64,000 nucleotides of DNA from a virus. The notes beneath the pieces are model-generated. The model saw only the letters and a list, made by a program, of their open reading frames with translations, did no database searches and was not told where the DNA came from. Every line of letters begins with the position of its first letter. Within the stretch, counting starts at the first letter, position 1. Location: positions 1 to 64,000 of IMG/VR virus record IMGVR_UViG_3300029825_000007. One strand, 5' to 3'. Position numbers and translations under genes: made by a program. Positions 1 to 6,816 of this stretch are shown in pieces.

Positions 1-410
1 GATGTCAACTCTCTGTATCTACTTTCATTGTACGGATTGTATACAATATACAGTATACGTTTAATCGAAATAAATGCAAGGCTCTATTTTGCCTTTTTAA
101 GCGTTTAATAATGCTTAGCCTTATAGTTATTCATAAAATGTGTTTTGAAATGAAATAGATGGCAAATTGAAAGCCACAGCGTCAAATAATTTAGTTGTGT
201 GCTTGTACGAAATACAGATATTTGATTTTATTAGGATACTGAGAACAGAAATATCAGTCTTTTACTTTAGCACTTTAAAGTTATAGCTTGAGGTCGTGCA
301 TAGTCGATAATCATGTGTGATTAATCTGATTGACAAGTGATTTTTAGGTGAATTTATGCCATGAATATGGCTGACTTAGAAATGTATAATTATTCATTTA
401 ATGTATAAAA

Positions 411-450
411 ACGTGCATAAAAATAGCCCCTAGCCATGAGACTAAGGGCT
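411..450 (-). terminator. Rho-independent terminator after endolysin
   Basis: agcccctag (425-433) pairs with ctaagggct (442-450), 8 of 9 bp, followed on the minus strand by a T-rich run. Confidence 0.55.
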
Positions 451-455
451 TATAA

Positions 456-1511
456 TTAATGTTCGTTCAAGTATTCCTGTAAAGCAGTAATTGTCTGGGA
501 TGGACTGGACAAGATACCATCTGCCACCTTACCCATTTTATTTTGAAGTGCTATATTGAATTGAGAACCGATATATCCATCCTCTGGTATTCCGAGCCAA
601 TGTTCCATAGCTCTGACAAGTTTAGAACCGCCTTTGGCTACACTTTCCCATTGTGCAGACTTAATTCCCGGCGAAAGATGTTTGTATTTTGTAAGCTGAT
701 TAGAAATTACACCATCCTGTGGAAGTCCAAAATACTGTTGTAATCTTCTTGTCGTAGTCTCTTCCCAATATCCATTAACCTTAAGGATGATCTTATCACT
801 TTGGGGATTAGCTTTTTCTGCTACTTTATCTGGAATAACATATTGAGTGGACATATAACCTATTGTTCTATTTACTTTTATATGTGTCCATTTCCCAGAT
901 GTTTGTCCGTCAATCTCAAAGCGGTTACCTTTGTTTAACTGTAGCAACACTACACCATTCGGTGATTGTCTTACATTAACTTTATCTCCACCACATGTAG
1001 CCGTTCCTGTGGCATGCCACTGCAACTCTGTAAATGATGGTTCTAACGGTTTCATAGGTGTGATCGAAGGTTTGTCCCATGTTTTTTTAAAGTTGTCGAA
1101 ATTGCCATATTTGTTCTTTAGCGGAGTAGGCGTGCTCCCCCAATCAGGCAAGTACAGATGCGGTTTATCGACTGGGCTATGCCAATCGCCGCCCCATGCA
1201 AGCCCGATAGATTTAGCAAGTTGTGATACTCTGGTAAAAAAGTAATTGTCGCTGTATTCTTGACCTTTTACATTTTTAAAAAAATCAAAGGCAATCCCCC
1301 ATTGGTGCTGAGAACTATAGCTAGAACCTCTTGCATTGGTAACCCTGTTCCCCGGTTTGGTTCTTCCTTGTGCATATAATTCATCCTGTTCTTTTGCAGA
1401 CCGGAAGCATTCGCCGATACCTAACTGTAGATTTTCCTTTGCACACAGAACCTGCAACTGTGCAATTTTCTCTTGCAGTCTCGGGTGCAATTCATTGATG
1501 TTTCTTCCCAT
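456..1511 (-). CDS. Endolysin: peptidase M15 (VanY-like) catalytic domain + SH3-like + peptidoglycan-binding repeats
   Basis: N-term SAKEQDELYAQGRT...HQWGIAFDF...WGGDW (M15 zinc peptidase pattern); middle SH3-like segment; C-term LPxDGxIxxQ repeats; last gene of lysis cassette. Confidence 0.85.
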   Translation of the reverse strand: MGRNINELHPRLQEKIAQLQVLCAKENLQLGIGECFRSAKEQDELYAQGRTKPGNRVTNARGSSYSSQHQWGIAFDFFKNVKGQEYSDNYFFTRVSQLAKSIGLAWGGDWHSPVDKPHLYLPDWGSTPTPLKNKYGNFDNFKKTWDKPSITPMKPLEPSFTELQWHATGTATCGGDKVNVRQSPNGVVLLQLNKGNRFEIDGQTSGKWTHIKVNRTIGYMSTQYVIPDKVAEKANPQSDKIILKVNGYWEETTTRRLQQYFGLPQDGVISNQLTKYKHLSPGIKSAQWESVAKGGSKLVRAMEHWLGIPEDGYIGSQFNIALQNKMGKVADGILSSPSQTITALQEYLNEH

Positions 1512-1858
1512 TATTTGCCCTCCTTAGTATGCTTGTCCACTACTTTGTCTAACTGCTGTTTTGCATACAATTCAACGCTGTCAAAAGCATTGTCTACGAT
1601 ATTTGCAACCATATCTTTAGTAATGATTACTTTGAGCGGCGCAGGAATGTAATTATACAATGTATCAATTGCAAACTGATGTTTCTGTCCACCAGATTTA
1701 GCAATATCCTTGTATGTATACTCTGCTTCATTAATCACTGCCGTAGCTTTATCCTGTAGTTTTTTATTGGTTTTAAAGTACCATGCGATAAACCCAATCA
1801 CTACATAAAGTGCAATCCTTACAATTTCTAAAACTAATTTTGTATCCATACTTTTCAC
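1511..1858 (-). CDS. Holin (LL-H-like, single N-terminal TM)
   Basis: 115 aa with N-terminal TM IVRIALYVVIGFIAWYF; overlaps endolysin start (ATGA-type coupling). Confidence 0.55.
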   Translation of the reverse strand: MKSMDTKLVLEIVRIALYVVIGFIAWYFKTNKKLQDKATAVINEAEYTYKDIAKSGGQKHQFAIDTLYNYIPAPLKVIITKDMVANIVDNAFDSVELYAKQQLDKVVDKHTKEGK

Positions 1859-2151
1859 TCTCTTTCTTTTTCGAGATCATTAATTCGATGATTCGCCACT
1901 TTTATCTGTTCATCAGTGACCGCAACAGCCTGTTCTAGCTTATATGTTCGTTCCACAACGTTGTTGTGTTTATCGACACGTTTCGTCAATTCTGATAGCT
2001 TATAATCTATCATGTCGACTGTCTCTTTATTGGCATCTCTCATCTGCTGTTGTTGTACATCAATCTTTTTTTGTTGGCTTCTCTGCTGAAAGCAATTATT
2101 CAGCATGCAAACAATCAAAGTCACACCACTACTTATTAACGCTTCAATCAC
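1855..2151 (-). CDS. Small membrane-anchored coiled-coil protein of the lysis cassette
   Basis: N-terminal hydrophobic segment then heptad-rich region; position just upstream of holin. Confidence 0.35.
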   Translation of the reverse strand: MIEALISSGVTLIVCMLNNCFQQRSQQKKIDVQQQQMRDANKETVDMIDYKLSELTKRVDKHNNVVERTYKLEQAVAVTDEQIKVANHRINDLEKERE

Positions 2152-2232
2152 ACATCTGTCCTCACTTTTTCTGTTTTTAAGACATAAAAATAAGACCTTG
2201 CGGTCTCGCTCGAATGTGCATGTATGCCCTCC

Positions 2233-2415
2233 TTAATCTTTTTCTTTTTCCTGTGCTTGAATCTGGACTTGCTGTAGCTGCTGTACTATGGTCTGCAACT
2301 GTTGTATTGTGTCCCTTAATGTCTCTTCTGTTGCGATTGGTTTACTTGTTTCTGTGCGTACCTCGTTCGGCTCTGCTATTTTAGGGCTTTCACCCTGTTC
2401 CATAATCAATTTCAT
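2233..2415 (-). CDS. Hypothetical small Q/E-rich protein
   Basis: 60-aa ORF between fibre gene and lysis cassette. Confidence 0.35.
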   Translation of the reverse strand: MKLIMEQGESPKIAEPNEVRTETSKPIATEETLRDTIQQLQTIVQQLQQVQIQAQEKEKD

Positions 2416-2436
2416 ACTGATATCTCCAATCTAAAT

Positions 2437-3753
2437 TTATCTTGGTGCGGCAGTAATAATACCATTTGATACATCAATGCTACTAGTTGTCCATGCAATA
2501 CTTCCATTTTCTGCGTCACGGATGCTTGTTACGATTGGTATCTTGCCTGTCCATCCTAGGTAGCCATCCTGCGCTGAAATATGTGTTAATTGTGCATTCA
2601 TCAGCTGAAAACCATTGACGTTTATACTGCATCCGGCATATAGCGTGTTCGGTGTCATGTTCGCACCCACATATTTATTGGAAAAAGTCCATCTCATTAT
2701 ATAGGTAGAATCCGATGAGTACTGCTTATTCGCCCAAGTCATATATGCACCTTGAGATTCCAAATCAAACACAAGGCCTTTTTTGCTAGTATCACTCGCA
2801 TATGAATTAGTTCCGATTGCGCCGACATAGTATCCGTCCCTATAAAAATGATTTCCATTTTCATCGAATACTGCCCTTTTTTTACTATCTGTAATCCCAT
2901 AGTCATAGATACCTATTTGCCCTGTGCTGATTTGCAGATATTTACTAGAATTATTAAAACCATAAATAACCTTGTCATAGTACTGTTGTACGTAAGAGCC
3001 AAACTCATTTTTTGTCACTTTGCTTTCAATCATAGTTGCCTGTTGATTGATTTGAGATTTCAGGGTGTTTGTCTCTGTCTTTGTCGCATACGTTGCAGAT
3101 ACAGTGGATAGTATGGAATCCCCCTTCTGATCTATAATAGTATTCATATGCAGCGTAGTGGAATAGCTTTTAAACCTAGCATCTACAGTACTAGTAATTG
3201 AATCAGCCTTTTGGTTAATTTCACTATTCATCTGTACTGTTGTTGAGTATCCCTTAAGTTTATTATCTGTTGCAGTGTTCGCTGAATTAATGGCATCCTG
3301 CTTTGCTGTATTCATGGATGTTTTAGTTGCGTAGGTATTTGAAACCTCTGTCTTAAAACCGTTCACACTTGCACTAATGGCTGTGTTCATAGCACTGGTG
3401 GTACTATAGTTATCTTTCAGGTTTTGTTTTGTAGCACTTATATCAGCAGACAGCCCATCTACACCGAGCTTGTAATCAGCAACTTTGCTGTCCAAAGAAT
3501 CATACTTTCCTGTCAGACTATTGTATTTCGTAGTCAGGTCACTAAAATTTAAGGTCAGAGAATCCACTTTCAATTCCACATTCGCAAGCTTGCTGTACAT
3601 AGTGGTTTTAGAGTTCTGCAATTCAAGTATTTCGCTATCTGTCAAGATTGCAGATATCTTGCCTTGTACAACTTGTAGGGATGTATCAACCGCACGGAAA
3701 CGCTTAATAATGGCTTCTGACGAATATATGTTTACTTCCTGTGTAAATATCAT
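2437..3753 (-). CDS. Tail fibre / minor structural protein
   Basis: 438 aa with long repetitive S/T/N-rich coiled-coil region (YATKTS, STTxxMN repeats) and a globular C-terminus; sits in tail module. Confidence 0.6.
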   Translation of the reverse strand: MIFTQEVNIYSSEAIIKRFRAVDTSLQVVQGKISAILTDSEILELQNSKTTMYSKLANVELKVDSLTLNFSDLTTKYNSLTGKYDSLDSKVADYKLGVDGLSADISATKQNLKDNYSTTSAMNTAISASVNGFKTEVSNTYATKTSMNTAKQDAINSANTATDNKLKGYSTTVQMNSEINQKADSITSTVDARFKSYSTTLHMNTIIDQKGDSILSTVSATYATKTETNTLKSQINQQATMIESKVTKNEFGSYVQQYYDKVIYGFNNSSKYLQISTGQIGIYDYGITDSKKRAVFDENGNHFYRDGYYVGAIGTNSYASDTSKKGLVFDLESQGAYMTWANKQYSSDSTYIMRWTFSNKYVGANMTPNTLYAGCSINVNGFQLMNAQLTHISAQDGYLGWTGKIPIVTSIRDAENGSIAWTTSSIDVSNGIITAAPR

Positions 3754-3768
3754 AGATCATACCTCCTT

Positions 3769-4764
3769 TCAGGCTATTGCTCTGTTGTAATTATACTTTA
3801 CGCCATCTTGATCTATCGACACATAAATCTGTGTAGTACGCAAATCTGCGTGTCCTAACAGTGTAGAAACGTATTGTATTGGCACACCTTTACGAACTAG
3901 GTTTGTGGCAAAAGTCCGTCTAAACCTGTGTGGATGAGCCTTGTTTACATTTGCACGTTTACCAATATTTCTGACTGCCGCTTCAATCCCCGGTTTTTCA
4001 AGCCTGTTATATGGGGCTTTCCTGCTCACGAATAAAGCGTCATTATCATCTGTTCTGGTTTTAAGATATTGTTTTAAATATTCGCAACAAACATCTGACA
4101 TATAAAATGTCCTTTCCTTGTTTCCCTTTCCAACAACGATTGATTCTTTAGTGGTGAAATCTATATCATCTATATTGAGTGATGCCACCTCTGACACTCG
4201 TAAACCTGTGGCAGATAAAAACTCAATCAATGCCCGATCTCTCTTGTTTGTACAGGCATTCCGTATTTTAAGCATATCAATCGCTGTGAATGGTTTCTTT
4301 TGCACATCTGGAACCTTAATATGTTTCACAGCCAGTGCCGGGTTAATACGGATAAATGATTCCTCATACATCCATCCAAAGAAAGATGATATAATTCTAC
4401 GCTTATTATCCAGTGTCTTGTTGCATATCTTCCTCTCTTCCTGATACATGGCAAGATACATACGTATGTCATATGTATTTACCTCATTAAAGGGCTTATC
4501 TATCGCTTGCACAAACTGCGATAATTCCAGTGAGTATGCGGCGATCGTATTTTCTGACTTGCCCTCTAGCCGCTTTGTGGCAATAAACTTTTTAATTGTC
4601 CGAATATTCCGATCATCATAGGGTACTAGCTCTGTAGTCTTTTCCCTGATCTCGTAATTTTCGAATTGTATATACAGTGTTCGTTCAACCTTTTCAACAA
4701 CTTCCTTGTCTAATCCTGTCAGTGCCACCAATACGTTTTCTATGATTTCTGTTTTCACATCCAT
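3769..4764 (-). CDS. Xer-type tyrosine site-specific recombinase (candidate fibre-cassette invertase)
   Basis: GLRVSE (R), GKGNKER (K), HPHRFRRTFAT (HxxR), LLGHADLRTTQIY (H...Y); embedded in tail genes next to the repeated core sites. Confidence 0.85.
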   Translation of the reverse strand: MDVKTEIIENVLVALTGLDKEVVEKVERTLYIQFENYEIREKTTELVPYDDRNIRTIKKFIATKRLEGKSENTIAAYSLELSQFVQAIDKPFNEVNTYDIRMYLAMYQEERKICNKTLDNKRRIISSFFGWMYEESFIRINPALAVKHIKVPDVQKKPFTAIDMLKIRNACTNKRDRALIEFLSATGLRVSEVASLNIDDIDFTTKESIVVGKGNKERTFYMSDVCCEYLKQYLKTRTDDNDALFVSRKAPYNRLEKPGIEAAVRNIGKRANVNKAHPHRFRRTFATNLVRKGVPIQYVSTLLGHADLRTTQIYVSIDQDGVKYNYNRAIA

Positions 4765-4793
4765 AGTAATACCTCCCTAAAGTTTATAGGAAT

Positions 4794-4866
4794 ATGATAT
4801 CACTATGATATCACCATGTCAATACTTAAAATATATCACCTTGACATCACCTTTTCATCATGCTAC
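4794..4866. promoter_or_regulatory. Divergent control region: four ATATCAC-type repeats plus a plus-strand promoter
   Basis: atgatatcac at 4794-4803 and 4805-4814 (11-bp spacing), tatatcac 4832-4839, acatcac 4844-4850; TTGACA 4841-4846, 17-nt spacer, TACACT. Confidence 0.45.
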
Positions 4867-4890
4867 ACTGTTTTTGGGGAGGTGAATATA

Positions 4891-5049
4891 ATGTCAATCG
4901 GTAAAAACAACACTAGGATGATTGTTACAATTCCTATCAAACTGAAAGAGCAACTTGACGCTCTCGCAGAAGAAGAAGGAAGGTCTACAAGTAATCTGGT
5001 AGTAAAAATAGTAAAAGAATACATTGAACAGAACCAGAGCCGGGAATGA
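4891..5049 (+). CDS. Ribbon-helix-helix (CopG/Arc-like) DNA-binding protein
   Basis: 52 aa; RMIVTIPIKLKEQLDALAEEEGRSTSNLVVKIVKEY is a beta-strand/helix/helix RHH pattern; RBS GGGGAGGTG upstream. Confidence 0.7.
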   Translation: MSIGKNNTRMIVTIPIKLKEQLDALAEEEGRSTSNLVVKIVKEYIEQNQSRE

Positions 5050-5068
5050 ATCCGGCTCTTATTTTTTT
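5036..5068 (+). terminator. Rho-independent terminator after RHH gene
   Basis: agagccgg (5036-5043) pairs with ccggctct (5052-5059), then tattttttt. Confidence 0.7.
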
Positions 5069-5088
5069 GCATAAATTCAATCTCCTAT

Positions 5089-5101
5089 CCGCCGATTTAG
5101 A
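5089..5101 (+). repeat. Core site A (ccGCCGATTTAga)
   Basis: 13/13 identical to site B; read in frame as Ala-Asp-Leu. Confidence 0.7.
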
Positions 5102-5387
5102 TGTTAAAAGCAAATGGAATATACTGGATCAATATAATATTCCTGTCACCGAAGAAGAAAAAGTAAAACATATAACTCCGTATCCGACAGGGAAAAGTCC
5201 AGAAGAATTTTTGGTTTCTTATGGCATTGCAAACGGAGGTCAATCTTATGGTGGATCAACAATCGTTTTACAAGTCAATGAATCCAAACCATGCCATGTT
5301 CCCGTATATGGGTCATATAATGAGAAAATAAGCGGAATCCTAACCGTATACAACGAATTTTTAGACGAATCTAAAAATATTGTGTGA
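5091..5387 (+). other. Silent C-terminal fibre cassette A (ADL-DVKSKWNILDQ..., 95 codons after the core)
   Basis: Open frame from the core to the stop at 5387; sequence upstream of the core is the RHH terminator, so no independent expression is expected. Confidence 0.55.
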
Positions 5388-5493
5388 TCTAAATTTGGAC
5401 AAGCAATAGAAACATACCGGTTAAAAATATACTATCGTTAAGACTAGATATTAAAATTATTTATTACAAATAAATACTATATACAAAGTCACT

Positions 5494-6027
5494 TTATGAG
5501 CTTATAGGTTGTATTGTATAATCCATATTCACAGCGTTACCAACTATATAATAAACATAGCCATAGTAATTTGTGAACGCTATTTCGGCGCCTGTGTCAA
5601 TACTGGTAATAGTTACATAATCACTAAGAGAAGCATGCGCACTCATGGGTACTTTGCCGGTTGAAACGGAAGGAATTAGTGACACAAACGCTGCCCCATG
5701 TGTTGCAAAAAATAAAAAGCTTATGACATTCCCACTAGAGTGACTATCTATGGGAACTGTTATTCTAAACTTTTTAGTGTTACCCATTGCAAACCCTTTA
5801 ATAGATTGCCTGCCTAAATCGGCGTTTAAACCGTTAATTGCCCCCGGTAAGGTCTTATTGCTTGTATTAAGTGTGCTGTATGTTTTGCTTGTCAGTTTAT
5901 TTAAGATCGCATCTGCAAGTTTATTATAATCAATCCGCTTTGTATCCTCTGAATCCTCTAGCAACATAATATCACTGTCAGATGGATTGTCCTTTTTTGT
6001 CAATTCTGATAAATATGTATCTGCCAT
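5494..6027 (-). CDS. Tail fibre tip / receptor-binding protein: constant N-terminus + currently joined cassette D
   Basis: ATG with AAAGGA RBS; N-term LSELTKKDNPSDSDIMLLEDSEDTKRIDYNKL resembles phage fibre N-termini; core ADL at codons 69-71. Confidence 0.6.
   Translation of the reverse strand: MADTYLSELTKKDNPSDSDIMLLEDSEDTKRIDYNKLADAILNKLTSKTYSTLNTSNKTLPGAINGLNADLGRQSIKGFAMGNTKKFRITVPIDSHSSGNVISFLFFATHGAAFVSLIPSVSTGKVPMSAHASLSDYVTITSIDTGAEIAFTNYYGYVYYIVGNAVNMDYTIQPISS
5814..5824 (-). repeat. Core site D (cGCCGATTTAg) inside the expressed fibre gene
   Basis: 11-nt identity to sites A and B in inverted orientation. Confidence 0.7.
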
Positions 6028-6100
6028 AATGTTATTTTTCCTTTCTAAAATGAATTATTTTTATATATTTTATTTCTATATTATTGTCTCCGTTCTTTCA

Positions 6101-6113
6101 CCGCCGATTTAGA
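6101..6113 (+). repeat. Core site B (ccGCCGATTTAga)
   Basis: 13/13 identical to site A; in frame as Ala-Asp-Leu. Confidence 0.7.
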
Positions 6114-6456
6114 GACCGTAGATTTTACGCCACAAATACAATTGCTAAAGGGGGTAAAATTAGCGACTTATTCTGAGGCATCTTGTACAGGTAACATGGT
6201 AATCCTACATCTTCACGTACAATTACCGACTGATTTCCCGATTAACGTAATAACAAATATAGCTACTCTACCACCTGTTTTTTCTCCGAAATCTGCAAAG
6301 TTTCCGACAGTAGTGCAGTACGCGGATGAGTGGAGCATATCATCAGGTGGGTTATGCTACGGATATTTAGGTGGATTGGTGGGGTTACAAGTTTCAATAC
6401 CCGAGAAAAATACCAAATGGTTAGATATTTCAACGACATATTTTCGTAAAGTTTAA
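6103..6456 (+). other. Silent C-terminal fibre cassette B (ADL-ETVDFTPQIQLLKGVK..., 114 codons after the core)
   Basis: Frame is open from 6049 but has no ATG before the core; the ORF track only starts it at a TTG at 6142. Confidence 0.55.
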
Positions 6457-6474
6457 AACTTAAGGCCTAGCTCA

Positions 6475-6816
6475 TTATAATCGTATAATCGTGTAATCAA
6501 AAAAGCTTGATGCAACTATGGTAACTTTGCTCCAGTTATTGCCATTAAAAGTAAAAGTGATATCATCATAGTCCGGATTAGATGTGTCAAACGTTACTAT
6601 TTTATCACCAAATAATGTGTTAACATACATGTTTCTGGGGCCAGCACGTAAAGAGTAATTTACTACACCTGTGCTTACGCCAAAGTTACCATTGAAACTA
6701 GCCATATATAAGAATACATCAGTCTTGATTACACTTTTTGCAATTCTAATCGTAATAGAACGATATGATTCGGAACTTATTGAAAAAATCTTTTTCGATA
6801 AATCGGCGATAATCAA
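6475..6816 (-). other. Fibre cassette C (TTG-II-ADL-SKKIFSISS..., 107 codons after the core); possibly a second expression slot
   Basis: Core lies at codons 4-6 of a TTG-initiated ORF overlapping the stop of the 977-aa gene; C-terminus ends DYTIIRL, related to cassette D (DYTIQPISS). Confidence 0.45.
6799..6808 (-). repeat. Core site C (cGCCGATTTA)
   Basis: 10-nt identity to the other three cores, same orientation as D. Confidence 0.6.
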
